Shown: one piece after another, positions 1-13,975 of the stretch
Numbering within the stretch: the stretch's first letter is position 1
Layout of the letters: every line of letters starts with the position of its first letter
Source of the DNA: Octopus vulgaris
Lineage: Eukaryota
Direction of reading: 5' to 3'
Assembly: GCA_951406725.2 (NCBI GenBank)
Contig: OX597815.1
Span: forward strand, 38,750,001 to 38,814,000
DNA length: 64,000 nt
The notes under the pieces: generated by a model
Told to the model about the DNA's origin: nothing
What the model saw: only the letters and a program-made list of their open reading frames with translations
The model's database searches: none
Position numbers and translations under genes: made by a program

Positions 1-836
1 AACAAGAAACTACCAGGCCAACATATTAAAGATCAGAAGCAGTCCAACGTGTCGTGTATGCAAGCAACAAAATGAAACCATTGACCATGTGGTCTCCAAG
101 TGCAGTCTTCTAGCGCCTACAGAGTATCTCAACAGGCACGATAGAGCTGCACAATATATTCACTGGGTAATCTGTAAAAACCTGGATTTGCCCCATGAAA
201 AAAACTGGTGGGAACACAAACCACCCCCAGTGCTTGAAAATGACCACATCTCACTCCTCTGGAACTTCACCATTCAAACTGACAGGAAGATAGATGCAAA
301 TAGGCCAGACATCATATTGAAAAACTTCAAACAAAGAACATGCCTCCTCATTGATATGACTGTCCCAATCGATATAAACGTATCTGTTAAGACCTACCAA
401 AAACTGAGCAAATATAAAGATCTTGAAATAGAAATCAGCAAAATGTGGAAGCTGAAGACTAAAACAATACCTGTTGTCATAGGTGCCCTGGGAATGATAG
501 CAAAAGGGGCTGATAGCTACCTAACTCAGATACCAGGAAACCCAAAAATGGCAGAAGTTCAAAAGATAGTGCTCATGGGAACTGCTCATATCCTACGCAA
601 AATACTCTCTATGTAATCTCAAGGTTTAAAACAAACATAATTTTCGGTTTAAAAAAAAAAAAAAAAAAAAAACCTTTTTTTTTTTAGACATTCATTAGTA
701 CAACATCCCCACCCCCCAAATATATGGCACACTAGGCATAACAACAACATGAACTTCCAACCCTGTTGTCTCTTGAGGTCTCTGGGTGAGACTTGGAGCC
801 AACTTGTACAAATATAAAGCAAAAGTCAAACATAGA
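1..836 (+). mobile_element. 3' end of R4/Dong-like RLE non-LTR retrotransposon (family 1), ORF to 616 plus 3' UTR
   Basis: CCHC knuckle (CRVC..ETIDHVVSKC), RHD, RPDI..LID restriction-like endonuclease motif, KY.DL, GALG, GTAHILR; followed by (TAA)n. Confidence 0.9.
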
Positions 837-854
837 ATAATAATAATAATAATA

Positions 855-914
<60 letters not shown>

Positions 915-925
915 ATAATAATAAT

Positions 926-1015
<90 letters not shown>
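836..1015. repeat. (TAA)n tract with internal (TTA)n inversion; similar TAA/TGA/TAG tracts at 1823-2055, 2592-2796, 2967-3254, 4393-4744, 12373-12568
   Basis: Directly visible. Confidence 0.98.
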
Positions 1016-1016
<1 letters not shown>

Positions 1017-1820
1017 GACAAAGAAAAATCCCAGCAATGGTTGAGAAGCTCAGGACTCAAAGCAGAAACAGGGATTTTTAATTGCAGCACAAGACCAAAG
1101 CCTCCACACCAGAAATTACCAAAAACATGTAATGAAAAGAAATATTACAAGTAACTGCAGAATATGTGGAGATGGACAAGAAACAATAAATCATATTATC
1201 TCTAGCTGCCCAGTCCTGGCTAAGAAGGAATATATTCCCAGACATGACAAAGTTGGAACCTACATACATTGGAAGCTATGCCAACATTATGGAATAACAA
1301 CAGAAAAAAGATGGTATAGGCACACACCAGAAAAGGTCACAGAAAACGAGAAAGCAACCATACTCTGGGATATGCCGATACACACAGATAGAGAAATTAA
1401 GGCCAACAGACCAGATATAGTTGTCAGAGATCATGAAGAGAAAAAATGCTTTCTAATTGATGTATCAATACCGGCAGATGACAACGTGTCTCTAAAAGAA
1501 ATGGAGAAACTCTCAAAATACAAAAACCTGGAAATAGAGGTAACTAGAATGTGGAATCTGAAAACAGAAACAATTCCTATCATAGTAGGTGCATTAGGCA
1601 TGATAAAAAAATATTCAGACAAATACATAACAAAAACACCAAGACTTACAAACACATATAACATACAGAAAATTGCACTACTAGGCACTGCACACATCCT
1701 ACGCAGAACACTTTCCATACAATAACCATCAGAGCATCACAACAAATCACAGCACATACCCAAGGCACACAGAGCTGCGCTCGGTAGTGAAGTGAAAGCA
1801 CGCTATAAAAATAAAACTAC

Positions 1821-1822
<2 letters not shown>
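1016..1822 (+). mobile_element. 5'-truncated R4/Dong-like element (family 2)
   Basis: ORF 1132-1725 with CRIC..HIISSC, RHD, RPDIVV..LIDVS; near-identical to 5918-6730; flanked by (TAA)n on both sides. Confidence 0.9.
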
Positions 1823-1908
<86 letters not shown>

Positions 1909-1931
1909 TGGTAATGATGATAATAATAATC

Positions 1932-1972
<41 letters not shown>

Positions 1973-2012
1973 GATGATGATGATGATGATGATAATGATG
2001 ATAATGATGATG

Positions 2013-2055
<43 letters not shown>

Positions 2056-2056
<1 letters not shown>

Positions 2057-2591
2057 ATGCAAAACCAGGCAGTGGCTCTCATGGCTTCTGATCTTAACTG
2101 ATTGGAAGTGTTATCATGTACATTGTTTTGTCTGGGTATAAAAGATGGGCTACAGCAAATATTCTGTTCAGTACCACAGATTTGCATGTCAGTTGTTTGA
2201 CCTCCACCAGTTGAGCATGTAACTTAGTGGCTGACGACATGTGCATCTCTGATCATGAGCAGAAGTAGTGGGGGAGCATCATACGAATTCTTAGAGGTTT
2301 GGATAATTCACCTTTCGAAACATTGGTGGTTCGTTCAACGTCCTTAAAGAATCCTTATTCAGGGACCTTTTGAGCAGGATGGACTACTCGACCAGAAGAA
2401 AATTCTAACTGGGCCCACCTACAAGGTCATCTGTTGTTTATATTGATATGAGATGACCATGTCGCGCACATTTGGTTGTGATGCATGTGCCTGGTGTACC
2501 CTTATCGGACGGGTAGTCATGATGGGTATACTGGGCTTCTAATTTTTTTTACCCCAGTGTCACTTTGATGGCATGCACTGCTCTCTCACTC
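2056..2591. repeat. unclassified ~530 bp non-coding insert between (TGA)n and (TAA)n tracts
   Basis: Complex sequence bounded by microsatellite, no credible ORF. Confidence 0.4.
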
Positions 2592-2598
2592 AATAATG

Positions 2599-2694
<96 letters not shown>

Positions 2695-2713
2695 TAATAA
2701 AAAATAAAAACTA

Positions 2714-2796
<83 letters not shown>

Positions 2797-2798
<2 letters not shown>

Positions 2799-2966
2799 TT
2801 TTTTAATTTATTCATTAGACATTCACTAGTACAACACCAAAATAAAAACCCAAATATATGGCACACTAGGCATAACAACAACGTGAACTTCCAACCTGTT
2901 GTCTCTTGAGGTCTCTGGGTGAGACTTGGAGCCAACTTGTACAGACATAAAGCAAAAGTCAAGCAT
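2797..2966 (+). mobile_element. 3' UTR-only fragment of family 1 R4/Dong-like element
   Basis: Matches ~680-836 (tagacattca..ggcacactaggcataacaac..gcaaaagtcaa), followed by (TAA)n. Confidence 0.85.
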
Positions 2967-2990
2967 ATAATAATAATAATAATAATGATT

Positions 2991-3022
<32 letters not shown>

Positions 3023-3060
3023 AATAATAATAATAATTATTATTATTATTATTATTATAA

Positions 3061-3178
<118 letters not shown>

Positions 3179-3196
3179 AATAATAATTATTATTAT

Positions 3197-3254
<58 letters not shown>

Positions 3255-3255
<1 letters not shown>

Positions 3256-4392
3256 TAGTGATTACAGTTAACAAGGAACTACACCCCCAAAAGCGATACT
3301 GACAGCGTATGTGCCTAGAAACAGGGGTGGAAGAGGTTTCATAAGATGCAAGATCTGTGGTGTCAACGAGAAGAACAGTCTGGGATGGTACATGAAACAG
3401 CAGAGTGAATCCTTGCTTGCCGCTGTTAGAATTAACAATATAATATCTACCGACCATCCACAAGCATTTAATAAATAAGGTGAAGAAGAAAGAATAAGCA
3501 ACTAGAAAATGAAAGCACTTCATGGGAAATACCTCAAAGAAATCGAAAGGAAAGACAAGATCAACACTTGGAGATGACTAAGAAAAAAGTGATCTGAAAA
3601 GATGCAGTGAGGCATTGATATGCTGCGCCCAGAAACAATCTCTGAGAACTTATTGCACCAAGTTCCAAACAGATAAGAGCAGCGAATCGCCCTTTTGTAG
3701 GATGTGTGGCAGCAGAAACGAAACAATCTCACATATTGTGAATGACTGTAGCAAGCTGGCCCCAAAACACTACAAAAAGAGACACGATAATGTGGCTAAG
3801 TCCGTCTACTGGTGGTTATGTGAAAAGTACTGCCTAAACAAAGCACTGTACGAATATGAACCAGAAGGCGTCATCGGGATCATAAATAAGGAACATAAGA
3901 TTCTGCTGGATTTTACAATCCAACGTGACTCCCTAACCGAGGCTTGGAGACATTGTTTAAATAGATAAAGAAAAAAGAAACCAAGATCATAGATATTGCA
4001 ATACCTGGAGATGCACGCATAAGTGACAAAGAACTAGAAAAGATTGAAATATACAGACTACTAAAAGACGAAATAATAAGAATGTGGACTGTGAGGAGAG
4101 TGTGTCATTCCAGTAGTTGTAGGGGCCCTTGAAGCACTAACAAACAAGTTCGAGGAATATGTCAAAAACATCGGAATTAACGTGAGAGCAGAGCAAGCCC
4201 AAAAAACTGCCCTGCTAGGATTTTCAGACTGGTACTTGGATGTTGAATATCAACCATAATAATTAACAACCAAGTATTAAAGCTTGTAATTTGCGGAAAC
4301 TGACCCTGTCAGAACTCTCACAGCATGCTGTTGACCGCTCTCACAGAATATACCAGAACAAACAAGACCAAACGTTCTGAGAAGTAAAACGA
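3255..4392 (+). mobile_element. degenerate 5'-truncated R4/Dong-like element (family 3)
   Basis: GGRG, CRMC..ETISHIVNDC, KRHDNVA, IIDIAIPGD, GAL motifs with stops and frameshifts; (TAG)n/(TAA)n tail. Confidence 0.85.
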
Positions 4393-4442
<50 letters not shown>

Positions 4443-4484
4443 ATAATAATAATAATAATAATAATAATAGTAATAATAATAATA

Positions 4485-4528
<44 letters not shown>

Positions 4529-4542
4529 AATAATGATGATAA

Positions 4543-4586
<44 letters not shown>

Positions 4587-4622
4587 ATAATAATAATAAT
4601 AATAATAGTAATAATAATAATA

Positions 4623-4654
<32 letters not shown>

Positions 4655-4682
4655 AATAATGATGATAATAATGATGATGATG

Positions 4683-4742
<60 letters not shown>

Positions 4743-4744
4743 TA

Positions 4745-6731
4745 ATCATAAAATTCATAGAGCACTCTATGAATAAATGGCAAACAGTCCTACACCTCCA
4801 AACAAAAGAGGGACTCATGAAAACCAAAGACATCCCCATTAGAAGAGGAATATTCCAGGGAGACACGCTCTCTCCACTCATTTTCTGCTTGGCACTGTCA
4901 CCTCTATCTGATATGCTAAATAGAACTAGATGCGGATATAAATGTTACGGCAAAACGATCAGTCACCTTTTATATATGGATGACCTAAAACTATACGCTG
5001 CAAATGACAAACAGCTGGAAACACTATTAAAGACAGTTCATGGATTTACCAAAGAAATAGATATGAAATTTGGATTAGAAAAATGCGCCAAAGTAACCAT
5101 GAAAAGAGGAAAACTAGTTAAGAGTAACAACATCACACTAGATAAAACCAATGAAATAAAAGAATTAGACCAAAGCCAAACTTACAAATACTTAGGAATC
5201 CATGAACTAGATAAGACACAACACACACAAATGAAAGAGAAAATAAAAAAAGAATATTATAGACGAGTTAGATCAATACTAAACACAGAGCTCAATGCTA
5301 GAAACAAGATAATAGGTATCAACACTTTAGCTGTCCCAGTTATAAGTTACAGCTACAATATCCTTAACTGGACACGAAATGAACTGACCAAAATAGATAG
5401 GAAAACAAGAAAAATAATGACAGGATCTAGGATGCATCACCCAAAATCTGACATAGAAAGACTATATATACAACGTATAGAAGGTGGTAGAGGCCTTATA
5501 CAGCTGGAAAACTACTAGAAAATAACCACCATAGGACTGCAAAAATATCTACTTCAGAAGGAAGGAAAACTGATCCAGATAGCGGCAAAACACGAGCAAA
5601 ACAAAAAACTGTTCTCAGTATTTAAGGAAGCTGACAAATACAAACAAGAAATCATACCACCTAATAAACATAAAGAAGAAGAAGAAGAAGAAGAAGAAGA
5701 AGAAGAAGAAGAAGAAGAAGAAGAAGAAGAAGAAGAAGAAGAAGAAGAAGAAGAAGAAGAAGAAGAAGAAGAAGAAGAAGAAGAAGATGAAGAAACAACA
5801 AAAGCTATAAATCAAATGAAATCCAAACTAAAAATAGAACAGCAACGAACCATGATAAAACGATGGCAAGAAAAGCCCCTTCATGGTAAATACTGCACTA
5901 AACTAAACGCAAAAGAAATAGACAATGAAAAATCCCAGCAATGGTTGAGAAGCTCAGGACTCAAAGCAGAAACAGAGGGATTTTTAATTGCAGCACAAGA
6001 CCAAAAGCCTCCACACCAGAAATTACCAAAAGCATGTAATGAAAAGAAATATTACAAGTAACTGCAGAATATGTGGAGATGGACAAGAAACAATAAATCA
6101 TATTATCTCTAGCTACCCAGTCCTGGCTAAGAAGGAATATATTCACAGACATGACAGAGTTGGAACCTACATACATTGGAAGCTATGCCAACATTATGGA
6201 ATAACAACAGAAAAAAGATGGTATAGGCACACACCAGAAAAGGTCACAGAAAACGAGAAAGCAACCATACTCTGGGATATGCCGATACACACAGATAGAG
6301 AAATTAAGGCCAACAGACCAGATATAGTTGTCAGAGATCATGAAGAGAAAAAATGCTTTCTAATTGATGTATCAATACCAGCTGATGACAACGTGTCTCT
6401 AAAAGAAATGGAGAAACTCTCAAAATACAAAGACCTGGAAATAGAGGTAACTAGAATGTGGAATCTGAAAACAGAAACAATTCCTATCATAGTAGGTGCA
6501 TTAGGCATGATAAAAAAATATTCAGACAAATACATAACAAAAACACCAGGACTTACAAACACATATAACATACAGAAAATTGCACTACTAGGCACTGCAC
6601 ACATCCTACGCAGAACACTTTCCATACAATAACCATCAGAGCATCACAACAAATCACAGCACATACCCAAGGCACACAGAGCTGTGCTTGGTAGTGAAGT
6701 GAAAGCACGCTATAAAAATAAAACTACTGAA
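4745..6731 (+). mobile_element. 5'-truncated R4/Dong-like element (family 2) with RT, zinc knuckle and RLE; pseudogenised
   Basis: RT motifs GIFQGDTLSP, HLLYMDDLKLY, YKYLG; stop at 5516, frameshift near 6003; RPDIVV..D; same 3' end as 1016-1822. Confidence 0.93.
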
Positions 6732-6756
6732 TAATAATGATAATAATAATAATAAT

Positions 6757-7123
6757 AAATATAAAGACTTGCTAATAGAAATTGAAAAAATGGGGCATCT
6801 CAAGGCGACTACAGTACCAGTGATTGTAGGATCTCTAGGAATGATTGAAAAAAGGTACTGAAGCCTATTTAAAAATGATACCAGGCTTACCATCCTTACA
6901 GGAAGTGCAAACTGGAACGGCTCATGTATTAAGAAGAGCATTATAGCTGTGAAAACAACATCCATTCATGAATTTATTTAGTTATTAATTTTTAAATACA
7001 TATTTTACCTGTGAATTTGCGTGTGTAATCTGGGAATGCATATAATGAAGCTCTCTGCCCTAGGTGTATGGAAAACACTTGGCGAGAAACAGAAGAAAAC
7101 TTGAACAAAGAAGGAAAATGATA
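6757..7123 (+). mobile_element. short 3' fragment of R4/Dong-like element (family 4)
   Basis: KYKDLLIEIEKM..TVPVIVGSLGMI..GTAHVLRRAL; followed by (GAA)n. Confidence 0.8.
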
Positions 7124-7356
7124 TGAAGAAGAAGAAGAAGAAGAAGAAGAAGAAGAAGAAGAAGAAGAAGAAGAAGAAGAAGAAGAAGAAAAAAGAAGAA
7201 GAAGAAGAAGAAGAAGAAGAAGAAGAAGAAGAAGAAGAAAAAGAAAAACAAGATGAAGAAGAAGAAGAAGAAGAAGAAGAAGAAGAAGAAGAAGAAGAAG
7301 AAGAAGAAGAAGAAGAAGAAGAAGAAGAAGAAGAAGAAAAAAGAAGAAGAAGAAGA
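7124..7356. repeat. (GAA)n tract; also 5672-5787 and 10412-10542
   Basis: Directly visible. Confidence 0.98.
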
Positions 7357-10180
7357 AACAACCGTGGTGGAAAAGGAGAACTTCTGAAGATATAAATTTC
7401 CTTGAACAATGTAGTGTCAATACTTGTCAGGAAAAGAAATGGAGAACTTAAGAATGAATGGAAATTCGAAAAAGTTATGAAGTACGGTGTAGGTACAAAG
7501 ACCTGAATGTTGTAATTGAAGAACTGAAGCAGCGTATATATGCAAAAAAAAAACAAAAAAAAAACAAAGCTAACTCGGTTTGAACAACGGATTAAGCAAT
7601 ACCGTGAAAACAAATTGTTTACAACCAACCAAAAAGGATTTTACCAAGAGATTAACGATGATAAAAAACGTGGAAGATAAGTTTCCGATGCTGATGAAAG
7701 TCGACTTTTCTGGGGTAAGATATGGAGTAAACAAGAACAACATGATACTACAGTTTCTTATCCCCGGCAAGAGGCTATCCACTTCACAGAAGACAGTATG
7801 AGAAATATGAGTAAAAAGATGAACAACTGGAAAGCAGCAGGACCTGATGGTATACAGGGATTTTGGATAAAAAAAAGTTCAGCTGTTTCCATAAATTGAT
7901 CGCAGAGCAATTAAGTGCATTGATCAATGGAAAAGAAGAAATCCCGGGCTGGTTGACAAAAGGACGAACGGTTTTGTGCCTGAGGGATGCATCAAAGAGA
8001 AATACTGCTGACAATTACAGACCAATTTCCTGCCTCCCATTAATGTGGAAGTTACTGTCAAGAGGAATTGCAGCAGAACTGTATAAATTTCTTGATGAGA
8101 ATGATATATTACCGATGGAACAAAAAGACTGCAGAATGAGATGCTGAGGTATCAAAGATCAACAATTGATAGACAAAATGGTAATGCAAGATTGTAAACG
8201 AAGGAGAACCAGTCGGGGAATGGCCTGGATTGATTATCGAGTGCTTAAATCTGTTTGGAATTACGAGGAATGTAACGTATTTCCTGAAGAGAAGTATGGT
8301 GGGATGGAAAACTGTACTAACATCTTACAGAAAAAGCTTGGGCACCCTGGGTATCAGAAGAGGGATTTTCCAAGGTGACAGCCTATCTCCGTTGTTTTTT
8401 GTACTCTGCATGATACCCTGATCTTGTTACTTAAGAAAATGAAGCTGGGATACCAACTAGAGGAAAAATCCCAAACAATCAGCCACCTCCTCTTCATGGA
8501 TGATTTGAAACTGTATGACAAAGATGAGACACAAGTGAGTTCCTTGGTGAACACGATCCACTGTCTTAGTACTGATATTAGAACGGAATTTGTGCTCAAG
8601 AAGTGCGGAATAATGTGCTTAAAAAGAGGCAAGGTACAGTCTCTAGCAGGGATAGAATTACCGAATAGATACTTGATTAAACAAATTGAAACGGAAGGAT
8701 GCAACTACATTGGTATACTAGAGTTCATGGCGGCGAGCTGGCAGAAACGTTAGCAGGCCGGGCGAAATACGTAGCCGTATTTCGTCTGTCGTTACGTTCC
8801 GAGTTCAAATTCTGCCGAGGTCGACTTTGCCTTTCATCCTTCCGGGGTCGATAAATTAAGTACCAGTTACGCACGGGTTGATGTAATCGACTTAATCCCT
8901 TTGTCTGTCCTTGTTTGTCCCCTCTGTGTTTAGCCCCTTGTGGGTAGTAAAGAAATATATACTAGAGTTCAACGAGTTAGTGGAAAAGGAAATGAAAGTG
9001 AAACTGAAGATGGAGTATTTCCGAAGGCTAGATGGAATAAAATCCAAGCAGTTAATACGTGGGCAATAGCATCACTTCGGTATGGAGCGGGAATTATCAA
9101 ATGGCAAAAGAGAGAAGTGGATGAAATGGATACCAAGACCAAAAAAGTGTTGACATTACACGGAGCCTTCCACACTAAGAGTACACTGATAGGCTGTATT
9201 TGCCTAGAAGAAACGGTGAGAGCGGTTTCATCAGTTGTCATGATTGTATTGAAGCAGAAGAAAACAGCTTAAAGCGGTATATGAAAAATAACGTGGAGCT
9301 ACTGTTGAAACACATGAAGAAGGCCGGCGCTATCAAAACTGAAAATTGTGAAACTAAAGAAATGAACAAAATAAGAAAAAGCATGGAAGTTAAAGAAAAT
9401 GTACCGTCAGTTTGAAAGAGATGTGAACAGGAAGACAGATACAGAGAACCAGTGGCTATGGATGAGAAGGAGTGACCTGAAGGTAGAGACAGAAGCACCC
9501 GTATGCACAGCTCAGGAACAAGCATTAAAAATAGACAACACTACCAATAGCGACAAATGCAGAATGTGTGGTCAGAGGGGTCAAAAGGTATTGTACATCG
9601 TTAGTGAATGCCCGAAACTGGCACAACGCGAATACAAAGGACACCAAGACAATGTGGCAAGCATGATCCATTGGGAGCTCTGTGGAAAGCAAGACCTATA
9701 AAGAGCAAAGTCGTGGTATGAGCAAAGTCCAGAAGGAGTAACCGAAAATGAGAATTGCACTATCCTGCGGGATGCAATGATCCAGTGTGATCACCTGACC
9801 AGACATCGGAAACAGAACATTGGTGTGGTGGAAAAAAAAAGAAGAAAGAACATGTATGATAATTGGCATAGCATGCCCTGATGACAACAAGATCAATGTG
9901 ATAAAAGAAAATTATACAACTCTGACGATTTGAAGTGGGAAATACGAAATTTGTGCTCTATGAAGAGAGTAGATGTAATGCCAATAGTAACAGGCGCACT
10001 TGGAAGTATCAGCACTCAACTACCAAAATGTCTGAAAAAGATTGGTGTAAGTGTGAAGGTAGAACACCTACATAAATCAGCATTGATTGGAACTGCAAGA
10101 ATTCTTCGCCTTAGTCTGCTGGCTGTGGACAGCTGACACTGTCCATCACACCCAGCAAAATAAGCTATGTGTTTTCATAT
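7355..10180 (+). mobile_element. degenerate R4/Dong-like element (family 5), ~2.6 kb, interrupted by a SINE
   Basis: [53 protein letters not shown]; many stops; ends in taataataat. Confidence 0.88.
8729..8957 (+). mobile_element. tRNA-derived SINE with 14-bp TSD
   Basis: B-box gagttcaaattc, central gcctttcatccttccggggtcgataaa; TSD tatactagagttca at 8714-8727 and 8958-8971. Confidence 0.9.
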
Positions 10181-10189
10181 AATAATAAT

Positions 10190-10402
10190 GGTTTCAAAGT
10201 TTTCTACAGGGGCAGCCATTTCGGGGGAGGAATAAGTAGATAATATCGACCCTCCTTGTTTCACTAGTACTTACTTAATCGACCCTGAAAGGTTGAAAGG
10301 CACAGTCGACCTCGGTGGAATTTGAACTCAGAACGTTGCGACGGGCGAAATACCGCTAAGCATTTCGTCCAGCCCGCTAAGGACTCTTCCAGCACGCTGT
10401 CT
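10190..10402 (-). mobile_element. tRNA-derived SINE, related family, diverged
   Basis: Reverse-complement match to the SINE head and central domain (gaaagg..gtcgacctcggtggaatttgaactcagaacg). Confidence 0.75.
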
Positions 10403-10566
10403 TAAATAATGAGAAGAAGAAGAAGAAGAAGAAGAAGAAGAAGAAGAAGAAGAAGAAGAAGAAGAAGAAGAAGAAGAAGAAGAAGAAGAAGAAGAAGAAG
10501 AAGAAGAAGAAGAAGAAGAAGAAGAAGAAGAAGAAGAAGAAGATGATGATGATGATGATGATGATG

Positions 10567-12372
10567 AAAACACTATGGAATAACAACAGAAAAGCCAAAG
10601 TAAATGAGAAAGCATCGATACTCTGGGATATGCTAATACACAGTCAGAGAAATTAATCCAATAGGCCAGTTGTAATTGTCGGAGATCACCAAGGAAAAAA
10701 CACTTTCTAATCGATATATCAATACCAACAAATGACAATTTTTCTCTAAAAGATACGGTGAAACTTTCGAAATACAAAGATCTGGAAATAGAGGAAAACT
10801 CAAATGTGGAGTCTAAAAACAGAAACAATTCCTATCATAGTAGGTGCATTAGGTATGATAAAAATATTCAAACAAATACATAACAAAACACGAGGACTAA
10901 CAAGTACATACGAGGGACGTTCAGTAAGTAATGGCCTTGACCCACTTGTAGTTGTTTGATCTAGCTGAAAGTGTGCATGTGCAATTATTTATATCTCTAT
11001 AGATTACGTGACAAATTACAGCTCTGAACTAATTGTGGTTTCTGATTTACAGGTGTTTGAACTGAGTCAAGTGTGAAATGGAGCTTGTTGAGTGTCGAGC
11101 AGTGATCCGGGTTTTGTATTTGAAAGGACGCACACCACGGGAGACTTTTGATGAAATGAAAGTAACTTATGGTGATGATGCCCCATCATATGACCTTGTA
11201 AAACGCTGGCATCGTGAATTCAAACATGGTCGGAACTCGTTGGAAACAGCCCCCAGATCTGGTCACCCTCCTTCTGCCATTGATGAAGCATCTGTCCGTC
11301 AAGTTGAGGCTGCCATTTTGGAAGATCGACGCATAACTATTCGCCAAATAGCCCATGAGGTCAAGATTAGTACCGGGTCTGTGAAAACTATCATTCATGA
11401 CTATTTGCATATGCAAAATGTGTCTGCCAGATGGATTCCCAGGTTGCTCACACCTTTCCAGAAGTAAGAACGCGTCGAGTGCTCGAGGATGAATTTGGAG
11501 ATGTGCTAAGAAGATGAGTCAAAATTTTTCAAAAGACTGATTGCACAGGATGAAACCTGGGTCCATCACCATGATTCAGAGACCAAAGTCCAGTCAATGC
11601 AGTGGAAACACCGTGACTCACCTCCTCCAAAGAAGGCAAGGGTGCAGCCCTCCGCTGGCAAGGTCATGCTCACAGTCTTCTGGGACCAGGACGGAGTAGT
11701 GATGACAGATTTCCTGGCAAAGGGTACCACAATTACAGGAGCCTATTACGCTTCACTTTTGAGGAAATTAAAAGAAGCTATCAAAATCAAGAGGCGGGGC
11801 AAGATCAGCAAAGGCATCCTCCTCCTGCAGGACAACGCTCCGGTTCACAACTCGATGGTCGCCATATCAGAAGCACAGGCGTGCGGCTATGAACTCCTCC
11901 CCCAAACCCCTACTCTCCTGACCTTGCACCCTCGGATTTTCACCTCTTCCCAGCCATGAAGTTGTTTTTGAAAGGAAAGCGTTTCCCAGATGATGCAGCC
12001 TTGATTTCTGAAGTCAGGTCGTGGTTGGAGGACCAAGCTGGGGTCTTCTACAAAAACGGTCTCTAGAGCTGCATCATACGATGGGAGAAATGCGTAACTC
12101 TGGGTGGTTCCTATGTAAAAGAAGACTAATAACTGTGCCAAGTTTCGTTGCTCTAATACTATGGGAAGTGGGTCAGGGGCATTACTTATTGAACGCCCCT
12201 CGTATAACAAAAAGAAAATAGAACTACTAGGCATTGCACACATCCTACGTAAAGCACTTTCAATACAGTAAAAATAAGAGCATTACAACAAACCACAGCC
12301 CATTCCCCAGGCACACAGAGCTGCGCTCGGTAGTGCAGTAAAAGCCCATGATGAAAATAAGACTACAGTTTG
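10567..12372 (+). mobile_element. 3' fragment of family 2-like R4/Dong element split by a mariner
   Basis: 10567-10910 and 12203-12372 align colinearly with ~6190-6730; ends in (TAA)n. Confidence 0.85.
10911..12202 (+). mobile_element. full-length mariner transposon, transposase pseudogene
   Basis: TIRs cgagggacgttcagtaagtaatg / cattacttattgaacgcccctcg, TA TSD; WIPRLL, DETW, QDNAP, YSPDLAPSDF motifs; stops at ~11465 and ~11507. Confidence 0.95.
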
Positions 12373-12442
<70 letters not shown>

Positions 12443-12450
12443 CGATAATG

Positions 12451-12521
<71 letters not shown>

Positions 12522-12528
12522 GATAATC

Positions 12529-12569
<41 letters not shown>

Positions 12570-13975
12570 CTAGCAATCTACAATTTCCTGTATTTTAAAT
12601 TTTCCTCAAAATAAGTAAGGTAACTTACATATATACAGTTTCCAAACACATAAACGATCAACAAAACCTTTGAATATCTACAACTTTTGTGAATACCTAT
12701 CCTCTCCTTTTTCCTTGAGTATTCGAAAATGTAAACATCCTTTTCATTCTAAAAACACTACAGTTTTCTCTGTGCGGCTTTACAAAATCTTGAAACTTTA
12801 ATATCTAGAATTTTCTGTGCTTTACTGCACAGCAGCTAGTGGACATATCTGGCCACATTGTCCTGTCCTATTCTTGAATATTTTGCTTTCTTTCATTAAC
12901 CTCTTTTTCTTCCTTCCCCTTCTTTGCATTCTCTCTCAATTTCTGTCACTTTATATGTCACTTCTTCTCCCTCTCATTCACTTTCTTTCTCTTTCCTGCT
13001 CCCTCTCTCCCACCTTTGTTGCCTCTAATTATGATTAAAAAAAATTGTCTTAATTGGTAAATGATAAACAACGTTCTAAATTTTTAGTCAATTTTAATGA
13101 AAGAAAAGATTACCTGTGAAGATTGTTTTGTTTTTCACGCACCAATTGGTTGTTATTTCGTTAGAACGTGGTAGATTGGTTAAATCGTTGGTGCGTAAGC
13201 CAAAATACGTCTCAGTATTTCTTCGAACTTTTAATATTCTGAACTTAAAAATCCCATCGAAAACCTTTTTATCCTGTCGTACTATGGAATCGACTAAGCC
13301 CCCAACTCTCAAAATACGACCTTGTACTTTAATTAGAAACAATTATTTAATCACAAAAGCTATAATTTAATTAGATTTGATAAGAGAAGATTTGTTCGAG
13401 ACATAACCATTGCTTTATATAATCGCTTATATCAGCATTTTGCCGATATTGCTATGGTTTCTATCTTGTATTTCAAGTAACTATACATATGTAATTAAAT
13501 CATTGATAATTATTAGAAATATTACCTCATTCCACGCAATTCAAACTACATTAAATCAATGTATATGACTATATTCCATCCTTAAGAACTTAGGAACACA
13601 TACGAGATGATATTAGTACGTTACTGGGTTTTCGAGTTTATTTTTAATCCCAAGCAAATCTTGCTGGAGCAAAGGTTCGTTCAAACCGTTCTTATGCCAT
13701 ATTTTATAGATAAAATATTTTAAGATATAGTCTATTGAAGACGAAATTATGTAATGTGAAAGAATGTGAAAAATACAGGTATACCAGATACCATACAACA
13801 TAAATTCTTGATTCATTAAAATTATGTCGTAATTATTAAATGGCAACTAAGACAAGCTCCATATAAAAGAGGGAGATAATCTCAAGTATTAGGAACCCTC
13901 CAAAGCTCACATGCCATTAAGGAGACAGCAAGATTGCTGTATGAAAAGTTATACGTATAATTTTATATACATATA

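Noticed and set aside
12600-13900. Possible very decayed PLE coding region on minus strand
   Set aside because: Only vague motif resemblance; needs a profile search
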